Assembly: GCA_044224875.1 (NCBI GenBank)
Contig: JBGAJQ010000001.1
Coordinates: 96,001-160,000, forward strand
DNA length: 64,000 bases
Source of the DNA: Gemmatimonadaceae bacterium
GTDB taxonomy: Bacteria; Gemmatimonadota; Gemmatimonadetes; Gemmatimonadales; Gemmatimonadaceae
Reading direction: 5' to 3'
Shown here: positions 10,091 to 19,889 of the stretch, piece after piece
Numbering within the stretch: position 1 is the stretch's first letter
Layout: each line of letters starts with the position of its first letter
Program-made: the position numbers and the translations under genes
The notes under the pieces: model-generated
Told to the model about the DNA's origin: nothing
Seen by the model: only the letters and a program-made list of their open reading frames with translations
Database searches by the model: none

Positions 10091-10981
10091 TCAGCGCGGT
10101 TCGGCGACGATCCTGAATCCGGTCCCCCATGGGTCACGCGTCGTGACGGCATCGCCGACGAATTCCACGGCTGCCCCGGCCGATTGCAGGTGACGGCCAA
10201 CCGATTGCACGTCGGCTGCCGACGGTACGACTACCGTCCACTCGAGCAGGCGTGCATCGGCGGGGCCAGGCGCGGCGGCGCGAGGGCCCGCCCATGTATT
10301 CGTGCCCAAGTGGTGGTGATATCCACCGGCCGACAGGAATAACGCTCCTGGATAACCACGAACGACGACATCGAACCCGAGCCCGTTGGCGAAAAACTGT
10401 TCGGCTTCGCGGAGGTCGCCCACGTGAAGGTGCATGTGTCCAATGACCGTCCCAGCCGGCATCCCATGCCAGCGTGTGTCGCCAGCGTCGGCAACCAGCG
10501 AATTGAATTCGAGGGGTTCCGTGGCCATGGCCAAGTCGCCGCCGACTCGTCGCCAAGAAGACCGCGGCCGGTCGGCGTAGACCTCGATGCCGAGGCCGTC
10601 CGGGTCTGACAGGTAGATCGCTTCGCTGACGAGGTGATCGGACGCACCCGCTGGTATGCCGAGGTGATCCAGGTGGATCACGAAGCGCGCCAAGTCGCCA
10701 CGCGTTGGCAGGAGGATGGCAAAATGAAACAACCCAAGCCGGCCTCGGCGTGGGTGAGCCTGCGCGCCGGGGAATTCGTGCAAGGAAAGCAGGGGGCGGT
10801 CCGAGCCGATGGTGCCTAACGTTGCCACGTCACCGTTGCGCGTGAGGGGCAGAAAGCCCAACACATCGGTGTAGTAGGCGAGCGAGCGATCGAGGCTTGC
10901 CACCTGGAGTCGTATTGGCCCAAGGTGCGTGTCGTCGGGGAGGCGGAACGGCGTGTTGGAGCTGGAGTGTGGCGTAGTCAT
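10091..10981 (-). CDS. Two-domain VOC family protein (CatE-like catechol 2,3-dioxygenase/glyoxalase)
   Basis: GLFHFAILLP, DHLVSEAIYLSDPDGLGIEVYAD, GHMHLHV, YHHHLGTNTW. Start at 10981 forms an ATGA overlap with the upstream stop. Confidence 0.88.
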   Translation of the reverse strand: MTTPHSSSNTPFRLPDDTHLGPIRLQVASLDRSLAYYTDVLGFLPLTRNGDVATLGTIGSDRPLLSLHEFPGAQAHPRRGRLGLFHFAILLPTRGDLARFVIHLDHLGIPAGASDHLVSEAIYLSDPDGLGIEVYADRPRSSWRRVGGDLAMATEPLEFNSLVADAGDTRWHGMPAGTVIGHMHLHVGDLREAEQFFANGLGFDVVVRGYPGALFLSAGGYHHHLGTNTWAGPRAAAPGPADARLLEWTVVVPSAADVQSVGRHLQSAGAAVEFVGDAVTTRDPWGTGFRIVAEPR

Positions 10982-12264
10982 GGGACGAGCGAGCCGGCCG
11001 GAGCGGTGCCGCGCGCGTCTGGCGCGTGCCTTCCGATCTCTTGTGAGCGCTGAAGGTCCTCGAGAAACATCTGCTCGGCTTGCTCGCCGAGGGTTCGATC
11101 CTCGATCAGGGCATCGAGTTCGTAGTTGATCGCCACGCCCAAGGGGTTGAAGTCGGTGGAGCCTACGCGAACCCACCGGCCGTCGATGACCGTCGTCTTG
11201 GCGTGCATCATCTCGCCGCGCCATTCCCAGAGCCTCACCCCGCTGCGGAGCAGGCGATGATAGAAGCGTGTCGCAAAGCGACGCAGGAGGGGATGGTCGT
11301 ACTTGCTCGGAACGAGCACGCGGACGTCCACGCCGTCGCGTGCGGCGCCGGCCAACGCTTCGAGTTCGCTCCAGGACGGCATGAAGTAAGCGCTGGCGAT
11401 CCAGATGGAGCGTTCGGCGGCCACCGCTTGCAGCTGCAACGCCCGGGAGAGCCGCCACCGACCCGGCTCGCCCTCGATGATGCCAACGAGCGCAGGCGGA
11501 TCGAAGCGTCCGCTCAAGTGCGTCTCGGCGGCCAGCGTCGGTGCGCGAAGCGCCTGCCACTCCGGCGTTCGGCCGCGAGCCCGAGCCCACATTCGTTCGA
11601 AGGCCTCACGCATGTATGTCGACGCGTCACCTTCCATGCGCAACGCGGTGTCCCGCCACACGGAGTGCCTGCGCCGCCGAATTAGTCCGTACCCCCACTC
11701 CTGGCCAATACCGATGCCACCCGTGACGCTGGCGTACTGGTCCACCACGAGCACCTTGCGATGGTCGCGCGGAAGCAGTCCGCCCCAGGCACGGAATCCG
11801 AGCGGGTTGAAGAACCGCATGCCTACGCCCTCGCGGTGGATCTTCTCGAAGAACTTTCGCGGTGTTGGCCACCGGCCCACCCAGTCCACGAGCATACGCA
11901 CCTTCACTCCGCGGCGCGCGGCGTTGCGGAACGCGTCGGCGAAGCGATGGCCGACTTCGTCGTTGTGGAAGATGTAGCCTTCGAACTCGATGCTCTGTCG
12001 TGCGCCCTCGATCAGGGAGAGCATGGCCTCGAATGTTGCCGGGCCATCGCGCAGCAGCGCCACCTTGTTACCGGCGGAGACACGCGCGTTGGCAATGCGC
12101 CACAGTGCGCGGGAGAACGACGGGCGCGGTCCTTCGAACGACTCCCGTACCATGGCGCGCGGCGTGGGTGTTCGCACAGAAGCTGGCGCGCTGATCGACG
12201 GGTGAAGCCTCGCCTTGTGTTCCTCCGCGGCCGCCATCGGCAGGTCCTGTGGGTCGCTAGCCAT
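10978..12264 (-). CDS. Cardiolipin synthase / phospholipase D family (ClsB-like, no N-terminal TM)
   Basis: Two HxKxxxxD motifs (RDHRKVLVVD, MMHAKTTVID), WRDT, SAYFMP. Start chosen at the ATG overlapping the upstream stop. Confidence 0.9.
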   Translation of the reverse strand: MASDPQDLPMAAAEEHKARLHPSISAPASVRTPTPRAMVRESFEGPRPSFSRALWRIANARVSAGNKVALLRDGPATFEAMLSLIEGARQSIEFEGYIFHNDEVGHRFADAFRNAARRGVKVRMLVDWVGRWPTPRKFFEKIHREGVGMRFFNPLGFRAWGGLLPRDHRKVLVVDQYASVTGGIGIGQEWGYGLIRRRRHSVWRDTALRMEGDASTYMREAFERMWARARGRTPEWQALRAPTLAAETHLSGRFDPPALVGIIEGEPGRWRLSRALQLQAVAAERSIWIASAYFMPSWSELEALAGAARDGVDVRVLVPSKYDHPLLRRFATRFYHRLLRSGVRLWEWRGEMMHAKTTVIDGRWVRVGSTDFNPLGVAINYELDALIEDRTLGEQAEQMFLEDLQRSQEIGRHAPDARGTAPAGSLVP

Positions 12265-13543
12265 CGTCGAACAGGCGAGCGGTGATCGGGCGTAGCGCAA
12301 CCTGCGCGGCCATGGCGCCAATGGCGAGCGTGAGCGCGACAAAGAGCATCTGGAAGCCCGTCTGAACGGCCGCCGTCACGTTGCGGCTGACGAGCGACCC
12401 CATGCTCATGAAGCCAATGCTCCCCGGTACCAGCAACACGGTCGCTGGCTGCTGCAGGACCGGGTATGGGAGTCGTAGCTGACGGGCGAGCAGTGTTCCG
12501 ACGGACATGGCCGTGAACGATCCAACGAATGCGCTGGCCGTCGAGCCCAGACCGCGCCCCGTGGCATACGCGGCAAAGGACGTCACGATACAGATCACGA
12601 CAATCCACACGGCGTCGCGCCGGCGCGCATGGAACAGCACCGTCATGGCCAATCCTGCAGTCAGCGGCGACAGCACGCGCACCCACCCCGGCAGGTTGGT
12701 CAGGCTGGGCATCACCAGCGGCACGTGGTCCGTGGACTCCACGGCCTGCAGTCCAACCACCACGCCTACAATCAGCAACAACAGGGTGGTGATCGCCGCG
12801 AGAAATCGCCCCGAACCCGACGTCCAATGCCCCTGCGCCAACTCGGTCATCGCCACCGTCAGCCTCCAACCGGGTAGCAGGATCACCAACGACGCAATGA
12901 GGAGGGGCATGGGTCGAACATCCCGCATGCCCACCCGATCCGCACCGAAGGCCACGGCGGACGCCACCGCGGCCAGGACCACCGGCGCGAGTGGCGCCAA
13001 GTGCTCCCGGTTACCGATCGACCGCAGGACGCCCCCCACGAGGGCGCCAAGCAACACCGCCAGGATCAACTCCGAGCGTTCGGCCTGCAGCAGCAACCCT
13101 GCGGAGGCGCTGAGGAGCGCACTCGCCAGCACGGTGAGGATGGCACCGCGTGGCGACGTCCATTCGAGGAGTGACGTTAGGCGCGTGGCGGCATCGTCGG
13201 GCGTGATCTCGCCACGCATGACGCGGGCCAGAATACGATGGAGGGCGACCGCGCGCATGTAATCCGGGCCAGCCAACCGCAGCCGAATGACCTCGGTCCA
13301 CTGTCGGTTGCCCTTGGACAACGACAGGAAAATGGCCGTCGCCGTTGCACTGCAGTCGGCGTGGAACCCGAGTCGTTCGGCCAGCTCCATGATACCCTCT
13401 TCAATGCGCGCGGGCACCTCATCAACCGCGGCATACGCTCTGGCCGCGAGACTGAGAAAGCGCGCCCCACCGTCGTCGGTCGCGGGACCGGGGCGGGCCG
13501 GTGCTTCGTAGACGGCGGTGAGGGATAGCGAGGGAGCGGTCAT
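12257..13543 (-). CDS. Threonine/serine exporter (ThrE family)
   Basis: Soluble N-domain followed by about 10 TM helices, with [26 protein letters not shown] and LLVPGSIG signatures. Confidence 0.85.
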   Translation of the reverse strand: MTAPSLSLTAVYEAPARPGPATDDGGARFLSLAARAYAAVDEVPARIEEGIMELAERLGFHADCSATATAIFLSLSKGNRQWTEVIRLRLAGPDYMRAVALHRILARVMRGEITPDDAATRLTSLLEWTSPRGAILTVLASALLSASAGLLLQAERSELILAVLLGALVGGVLRSIGNREHLAPLAPVVLAAVASAVAFGADRVGMRDVRPMPLLIASLVILLPGWRLTVAMTELAQGHWTSGSGRFLAAITTLLLLIVGVVVGLQAVESTDHVPLVMPSLTNLPGWVRVLSPLTAGLAMTVLFHARRRDAVWIVVICIVTSFAAYATGRGLGSTASAFVGSFTAMSVGTLLARQLRLPYPVLQQPATVLLVPGSIGFMSMGSLVSRNVTAAVQTGFQMLFVALTLAIGAMAAQVALRPITARLFDDG

Positions 13544-13657
13544 TGCTACGGAAGGAGGCCACGATGGACTGGCCACGTAGAGGCTAGCGGTGGGGCGCCC
13601 TCTCGTGAAGGGCAATTGGGGCCTTGCCGCACCACGTGCGACTGGCGATATCACCGA

Positions 13658-14566
13658 ATGCTCAAGATCGACCTCACGGGAAGACGCGCCCTTGTTGCAG
13701 GCGTAGCAGACGACGGGGGATTCGGGTTTGCCATTGCCAAGTCGCTTGCCGAAGCCGGGGCAACGGTGTGCGTCGGCACCTGGCCCCCGGCCTTGAAGAT
13801 TTTCCTGACGCTGCTGGAACGCGGCAAGTTGGATGAGTCGCGCCAGCTGTCGGACGGTTCAGTGCTGCAATTCGAGCGGATTTATCCGTTGGATGCCGCC
13901 TTCGACACACTGGACGATGCCCCGCAAGACATCGCCAAGGCCAAGCGTTATGCAGACACCGGCGACTACTCCATTGCCGGTCTCGCATCGCGCCTAACGG
14001 CAGACTTCGGTACCCCCGCCTTCGACATTCTCATTCACTCGCTGGCCAACGGCCCGGAAGTGAAGAAGCCGTTGCTGGAAACGTCGCGGTTCGGATATCT
14101 CAGTGCCGTGAGCGTCAGCGCGTTTTCGCTCGTGGCCATGATGCAGCGCTTGGGTCCCCTCATGCGTCCCGGCGGGTCCGCTCTTTCCCTTACGTATATG
14201 GCGAGTGAGCGGGTCGTTCCCGGATACGGCGGCGGCATGTCGTCGGCCAAGGCGGCGCTGGAAAGCGACACCCGCACGCTCGCGTTTGAGGCCGGGAGAA
14301 AGTGGGGACTTCGAGTCAACACGATCTCTGCCGGTCCCTACGCATCCCGCGCGGCGAGCGCCATAGGCATCATTGAACGGATGGTGCAGTACTGCGCCGC
14401 GAATCAGCCCTTGCCAGAGGCGCTCACGGCGGCGGAGGTGGGTCACGCAGCGGCATTCCTCTCGAGTTCTCTCGCCAGCGGCATCACCGGACACACGATG
14501 TACGTGGACAAGGGATACCACACGATGGGTATGGCCGTGGACCCGAGCGCCGGATCGCTCTTCTGA
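13658..14566 (+). CDS. fabI: Enoyl-ACP reductase (plant/chlamydial type)
   Basis: [55 protein letters not shown]. Confidence 0.93.
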   Translation: MLKIDLTGRRALVAGVADDGGFGFAIAKSLAEAGATVCVGTWPPALKIFLTLLERGKLDESRQLSDGSVLQFERIYPLDAAFDTLDDAPQDIAKAKRYADTGDYSIAGLASRLTADFGTPAFDILIHSLANGPEVKKPLLETSRFGYLSAVSVSAFSLVAMMQRLGPLMRPGGSALSLTYMASERVVPGYGGGMSSAKAALESDTRTLAFEAGRKWGLRVNTISAGPYASRAASAIGIIERMVQYCAANQPLPEALTAAEVGHAAAFLSSSLASGITGHTMYVDKGYHTMGMAVDPSAGSLF

Positions 14567-14593
14567 GCGTGCTTCGGGCGGTGTGTCCTCGCC

Positions 14594-15754
14594 CTAGTGC
14601 CGCCGCTTCAGGACGGTCGAGTCGGGGATGAAGTTGAAGGGCTGGTGCACCACCTGCATCACCGGATAACCCTTCTTCACCGCTGGATAAAACACGGCGT
14701 CCTTGAGGGCGCGGCGGACGCTCTCCACAAACGCGGGATGCGTGGTGGAAACCACGTTGAACGAGTCCATGTTGACCTCCCCGGTGATGTCCACCACGAA
14801 CTCGGCGATGACGGTGCCCGGGAGGGCGGCTTCGTACAAGGAATCAGGGTACACCGGCGCCGCGCGTTTCACGGAGTCCTGGTGAGCGGGGACATCCACC
14901 TGCTCAGCCGTGAACACGCTCTTGCTTTCGACCATGGCGGCGATCTGCTGCGCGGCCGACAGTCCCTTTCGCTTCTTGGCGCGGAGTTCACCCTGACGGG
15001 ACCAGAGGATGATCGTACCGCAGCTGGATGAGATCGATCGCGTGCCGAGGAATTCGGTGGGTACGCTGGAGGGACCGGAGTAGATCTCCATCCCCTCGAG
15101 GGAGCGAGGCGAAATGGCGTCCAGGTCAAACTCCCCCGCGAAGAGCGGTGTGCCATCCAGCCAGGTGAGCGGTGCGCATTGGGACCCGCGGAACCTCACG
15201 ATCGTGCGACCCGGTCCGCGACTTTCCACGCGGGCGCCAGGAATCATGCGAAACATGTCCGTGACGTTTGGCGGGTTGCGGCGTTCGATTTCCTCGCGCG
15301 TCACGAAGTGACCGATGCCGCGATCCTTGCGCGAATAGAACCCAGCCATTCGCCCCGTCAGGTTGCGCCGTCCGTATACGAGCACGGGTTGCAACTGCAG
15401 CGGGAGGCGATGGATCGTCATCTCCAGCGGGACGGTCTGGCCAGCCATGACCATCAACTTCACGGTGTCCGGTTGGAATCCCAGGCGTCGAACCGCCAGG
15501 GTCAACTCGCCAGCGGGGACCTTGCCGAGTCGAAATTCCCCGCGGTCGTCAGTTTCGATACGTAGCGGGGATCCGCGCAGGAAAACCTCGGCGCCGGCGA
15601 TCTTCGTGCCGATGCTGTCGCGGATGACGCCGCTGATCGTTCCCGTCCCGACGTCCTGGGCGCTGGAACCGGCGGGGAACAGGCATCCCAGGGTCCCGGC
15701 AATGGCCGCGACCCAGGTGGCAAGCCTAACGAGCCGAACTTCGCCGTGTTTCAT
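14594..15754 (-). CDS. Carboxypeptidase-regulatory-like + TonB-receptor plug + TonB C-terminal domain fusion
   Basis: GGAGG RBS before ATG 15754. Signal peptide, GTISGVIRDS..ETDDRGEFRL, plug (FVTREEIERRN..IPG..LDG..MEIYSG..CGTIILWS), and TonB_C (PVYP..GTVIAEFVVDITG..FYPAVKKGYPV). Confidence 0.8.
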   Translation of the reverse strand: MKHGEVRLVRLATWVAAIAGTLGCLFPAGSSAQDVGTGTISGVIRDSIGTKIAGAEVFLRGSPLRIETDDRGEFRLGKVPAGELTLAVRRLGFQPDTVKLMVMAGQTVPLEMTIHRLPLQLQPVLVYGRRNLTGRMAGFYSRKDRGIGHFVTREEIERRNPPNVTDMFRMIPGARVESRGPGRTIVRFRGSQCAPLTWLDGTPLFAGEFDLDAISPRSLEGMEIYSGPSSVPTEFLGTRSISSSCGTIILWSRQGELRAKKRKGLSAAQQIAAMVESKSVFTAEQVDVPAHQDSVKRAAPVYPDSLYEAALPGTVIAEFVVDITGEVNMDSFNVVSTTHPAFVESVRRALKDAVFYPAVKKGYPVMQVVHQPFNFIPDSTVLKRRH

Positions 15755-16412
15755 CGTCGGTACCTCCCTGCGCGAATGAGCTCGCGGCCTGTGTGGTTCA
15801 GACGGGCGAGATCGCTCTTCGATGTGCTGGTCGAAGTCCGGCGCAGCGGCAGGTGGGGTCACGCGCGGTCCTCAACCCAACATTACGGTAGTGTCGACCG
15901 TTCGCGAAAGAGCCCGTGTCACCATGAGTCGGCCTCTGTCCATGACGACCCGTTCTTTCTCTGGACGGAGCGTGCGGTCAGGCGCAACTCCTCGCGTACC
16001 AGAGCCGTGTCGGAACCGCATGCGACGTGTCCGCAAAAGCCTCACACGGCCGAACGACGTGACGCTTCGGCGGTCATCCATTTGACTGCTGAGCCCTCGA
16101 GCGATGGAATCTGCCTCCCGGCGGTGAGACGCGCGGGTATTCGCTGCGCCCTACGAAAACCGCTACGCGACGGAGCGTCGGCTCGGAGACCTTCGCCCAA
16201 ATGAGCCTCGATCCGGCACCTAGGCTCTGTCTGCGTTCGCAAGGCGGACCCCCCTCTCCTTACCGGAGACCGCGTGAGAATGGAGACCTTCGAAGAGCGC
16301 GGCGACGTGCCGGGTTTGGCGAATTGCCACGGTCGTTGGACAATGCAACCGCCGTGGGTTAGGCCCGCGATCACGAGTGCCGTTCCTCACAAAACAGTCG
16401 TGCGTTTCCGTC

Positions 16413-16538
16413 CGGTCGAAACGACCGAATAACCCCCCAAACCGGAGGCAGAAGGACCGAAGGCTCGGACACGTTGTCCGAACGTTCAATCCGACCTAAG
16501 CTACTGAAAATCAAGCATTTACGTGGATCGCATTGTGC
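16413..16538 (+). promoter_or_regulatory. Candidate sigma54 promoter with IHF site and two upstream palindromes
   Basis: Palindromes CGGTCG-AAA-CGACCG (16413-16427) and TCGGACA-CGT-TGTCCGA (16465-16481). AATCAAGCATTTA (16509-16521) matches IHF WATCAANNNNTTR exactly. GG-N10-GC at 16525-16538 is an imperfect -24/-12 element. Confidence 0.55.
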
Positions 16539-16589
16539 TTAGGAAGTGCTCGAAATCTCAGTTTCACTCGACTACTCGAGATACTCACG

Positions 16590-17219
16590 ATGCGAATAAC
16601 CCTACCTCCGTTTCCCAAGCTCCTCATCGGCGCGCTTCTCGTAGCCAGCGCCGCGTGCTCCACGGATACACCGTCTGCGGTGGCGCCGAATGCGAGCCTG
16701 ATTGCCACTCCACCCGAGCCCGGCAGCATTTCCGCGACGGTGCCGACCCAGGCACTGATGTTCATGGATAGCGTTCGCGCCACGTTTACCATCTATCCCA
16801 CCGTCGGCGGCGCGGCCCAGATCGGCAATCACTACATCAACTTCCCGCGCTACACGATCTGCGACATGTCGGTGACCGCCTATGGTCCCACCGAGTGGCA
16901 GAAGACGTGTAGCGTGTCCGCCGCCCCGGTCACCATCACCGCGGTGAGCTTCGTCGACAAGAAGGGACATCCGCAAATCGACTTCAGCCCGGCGCTGCGC
17001 TTCCGCGTGAACAATCTGGGCGAGTTGCCGACGCTGTACTTGTTGGACAACGAAGCGTCCCTGCAGCTCTGGAGCAGCATCAACTACTGCCACGGACCCA
17101 ACACCGGCTGCACGAACGAGGCCCTGACGGATCCCGTCCTCCTGACCCGTCGTGATCCGTGGAGCGGGTACCTCTATCGCTTCATCCGACACTTCAGTGG
17201 CTACAACGTGTGGGCGTAA
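16590..17219 (+). CDS. Lipoprotein with ZU5-like domain and C-terminal HFS motif
   Basis: Lipobox ASAAC; IYPTVGGAAQIGNHYINFPRYTIC; ends FIRHFSGYNVWA. Confidence 0.75.
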   Translation: MRITLPPFPKLLIGALLVASAACSTDTPSAVAPNASLIATPPEPGSISATVPTQALMFMDSVRATFTIYPTVGGAAQIGNHYINFPRYTICDMSVTAYGPTEWQKTCSVSAAPVTITAVSFVDKKGHPQIDFSPALRFRVNNLGELPTLYLLDNEASLQLWSSINYCHGPNTGCTNEALTDPVLLTRRDPWSGYLYRFIRHFSGYNVWA

Positions 17220-17268
17220 CAGCGGCCCCAAACGTCCTCTACTCCTTCGCGCTCACTCCATATCCCAC

Positions 17269-17895
17269 ATGCGCTTTTCGCTGAAGTCCAACATCCGCCT
17301 GCTGGCAATCGCCGCCACGGCTGTTCTGGCGGCGTGCAGCCAGGACGCAGTGAGTCCGTCGTCAGCTCCATCCGTCGCTGCATCCGCCTCGTCGGGCAGC
17401 AGCGCGCAGTCCGCCGCAAACAGCCGGGGGAAGGCGCAGTTCGAAAGTGACGTGACCAATGGAGTGCGCGTCGTCAACGTCCTCTCCTTTCGCCCTGGGG
17501 TGAACTACAACGCTCGCGCCGAGGCAGTGATCGGTGTGGCTGGCGGCATCCTGCGCCTCCCCGAGACCGGCCTCACGTTGGTGGTGCCACCGGGCGCGGT
17601 TCTGCGTCCAACCACGTTCAAGGTTCGGGCGGACAACAAGGGCCTGGTCGCCTACGAGTTCGAGCCGCATGGCATGAACTTCCGGGTGCCGCTGGTCTAC
17701 CAGCAGGATCTCACGAAGACGAATTACAAGCTCGGAACCGCGCTTGGCGGCGGCTACTACCTCGATCCGCTCAAGCTGGACCCGAAGGCCAAGCGCGGTG
17801 AGACCGTCGAGCAGTTCACTACGCTGCTGGACCCGATGGGACTCGTCGAGTTTACCATCAAGCACTTCTCTGGATATCTCGTGTCCTGCGCCTGA
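17269..17895 (+). CDS. Lipoprotein with ZU5-like domain and C-terminal HFS motif
   Basis: Lipobox LAAC; ZU5-like IGVAGGILRLPETGLTLVVPPGAV and YEFEPHGMNFRVP; ends IKHFSGYLVSCA. Confidence 0.8.
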   Translation: MRFSLKSNIRLLAIAATAVLAACSQDAVSPSSAPSVAASASSGSSAQSAANSRGKAQFESDVTNGVRVVNVLSFRPGVNYNARAEAVIGVAGGILRLPETGLTLVVPPGAVLRPTTFKVRADNKGLVAYEFEPHGMNFRVPLVYQQDLTKTNYKLGTALGGGYYLDPLKLDPKAKRGETVEQFTTLLDPMGLVEFTIKHFSGYLVSCA

Positions 17896-17923
17896 ACCCC
17901 CTTCCAGGCAAGGTTACGAAACG

Positions 17924-17959
17924 CGTGAGGCGGTCCGTCGGCAGACGGGCCGCCTCACG
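17924..17959 (+). terminator. Terminator-like hairpin
   Basis: CGTGAGGCGGTCCGTC-GGCA-GACGGGCCGCCTCACG: 16-bp stem with one U-G pair, followed by GCTTTC. Confidence 0.6.
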
Positions 17960-18049
17960 GCTTTCACCGGCTATGTGGCGGCCCAGACGTCTTGCTGCGA
18001 CATCTTCGACTCGTAGGTTTTGCCGGACATTCTTCCGTCCGGTCACCAC

Positions 18050-19783
18050 ATGTCGCGCACCGCTGCCCTTGCACGTCGCTCAATCCTCGTTCTCGCCGCC
18101 GCTTGCTCCACCGCGCCGCGGACGCCTAACGGTTACGACGTCGTCATCACGAATGCACGAATCGTAGATGGGACCGGGAACCCGTACTACTACGGCGATA
18201 TCGGGATTACCGGGGATCGAATCACCGCGGTCGCTCCCAAGGGCGCACTGGCCGACCAACCAGCCAAGACAAAGATCGACGCCGGCGGACTCGTTGCCTC
18301 TCCAGGCTTCATTGACATACAGGCCCACTCGTGGAACTCGTTGCTCTTCGCGGACGGACGAGTCATCGGGAAGGTCTCGCAAGGGGTAACGTCCGAGATC
18401 CTTGGCGAGTCGACGACTCCGGGGCCGTCGACTGCCGACGTCGACTCACTCTTTGCCGGGACCACGTCCGCCGACTCGGCCATGGTGCAACATGCCGCGT
18501 CGTATCGTGGAGACCACGGCTTCGGCAAGTGGCTGAGCGACATGGAGCAGCACGGGATTTCCGTGAATGCCGGCAGCTATCTTGGCGCCGCGACCGTGCG
18601 CGCCTACGCGATGGGCCGGGGCGAAGGAACACCTAACGCGGCGCAACTGGACACCATGCGTAGCGTGGTCCGGAATGCGATGACAGACGGGGCGTTCGGG
18701 ATTTCCAGCGCCTTGATCTACCCTCCCGGCAGCTACGCCAGCACCGACGAGTTAGTCGAGATGGCCAAGGCCATGTCCCCGCTGCACGGTACGTACATCT
18801 CGCATATCCGGTCGGAAGAGTCCAAGCTGCTGTCGGCCATGGACGAGGCCATTCGCATTGGACGGGACGGCGGCGTGCCCGTCGTCATCTATCACTTCAA
18901 GGCATCGGGCCGCGTCAACTGGCCACTGGCCGGACCAGCCATTGCCAAGATCGATTCCGTTAGAGCTGCCGGCCAGGACGTGAAGGCCACGATGTACTCG
19001 TACCCTGCCAGCGGCAACAACCTATCCGCCTGCATACCTGGGTGGGTTCATGCTGACGGGAAGCTGGTCGACCGCTTGCGCGATCCTGCCAATCGCGCGC
19101 GCATCCGCAAGGAGATGTCGGACCTGACCCCTGGTGCCGAGGTGTATTGCCAGCACAACCCGCCAGAAGCCTACCAGATCGCCGGCTTTACCAAACCAGA
19201 GTGGAAGGGCTACGAGGGCAAACGCCTGAACGAGATTGCCAAGGGGCTCAAGCTGGACTGGATGGATGCCATCATCGAGCTCACCATCCAGGAAAACAAC
19301 CGGCTCGGCAAGATCACCTTCGGCATGTCCGATGAAAACGTCGCGAAGATGATCGCTCGCCCGTGGGTCGTGATCGGCAGTGACGCCGGTGGCTATGACC
19401 CCGACACCACCAAGGAGTTGGTGCATCCGCGTTCATACGGCACCTTCCCGCGTGTCCTGGGCAAGTACGCCCGCGACGAGAAGGTCCTCACACTCGAGGA
19501 CGCAGTGCGCAAGATGTCCTGGTCAACCGCCCAGATCCTCGGACTGCGCGACCGGGGCCTGATCAAGGAAGGCATGCTGGCCGACGTCGTGATCTTTGAT
19601 CCGGCGACCATCATCGACAAGGCGACCTTCGAAAAGCCGCACCAACTCTCCGTTGGAGTGCGTGACGTGTTGGTGAACGGCGTGCCAGTCTGGCGCGACG
19701 GTAAGCACACCGGCGCCAAGCCGGGCCGCGCCCTCTACGGCGCGGGGTGGGACGGACAAAAACGAGGCGGCCCACAACCATGA
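18050..19783 (+). CDS. N-acyl-D-amino-acid deacylase family lipoprotein
   Basis: Lipobox AAAC; PGFIDIQAH, SHIRSE, IYHFK, GSDAG, HPRSYGTFPRVLG. Confidence 0.9.
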   Translation: MSRTAALARRSILVLAAACSTAPRTPNGYDVVITNARIVDGTGNPYYYGDIGITGDRITAVAPKGALADQPAKTKIDAGGLVASPGFIDIQAHSWNSLLFADGRVIGKVSQGVTSEILGESTTPGPSTADVDSLFAGTTSADSAMVQHAASYRGDHGFGKWLSDMEQHGISVNAGSYLGAATVRAYAMGRGEGTPNAAQLDTMRSVVRNAMTDGAFGISSALIYPPGSYASTDELVEMAKAMSPLHGTYISHIRSEESKLLSAMDEAIRIGRDGGVPVVIYHFKASGRVNWPLAGPAIAKIDSVRAAGQDVKATMYSYPASGNNLSACIPGWVHADGKLVDRLRDPANRARIRKEMSDLTPGAEVYCQHNPPEAYQIAGFTKPEWKGYEGKRLNEIAKGLKLDWMDAIIELTIQENNRLGKITFGMSDENVAKMIARPWVVIGSDAGGYDPDTTKELVHPRSYGTFPRVLGKYARDEKVLTLEDAVRKMSWSTAQILGLRDRGLIKEGMLADVVIFDPATIIDKATFEKPHQLSVGVRDVLVNGVPVWRDGKHTGAKPGRALYGAGWDGQKRGGPQP

Positions 19784-19889
19784 CTCGTACGCGCGCTGTC
19801 GGACTCGGCCATGTCGTCCACTAAGTTTGGTGGATGCCGATCCGTGCCCGCGCGCAACTGAGCCACCGCACCCACGTCAGGGCCGCTGA

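Noticed and set aside
10982..11590. N-terminal extension of the VOC ORF
   Set aside because: Lies inside the cardiolipin synthase gene. The ATGA-coupled start at 10981 is more plausible.
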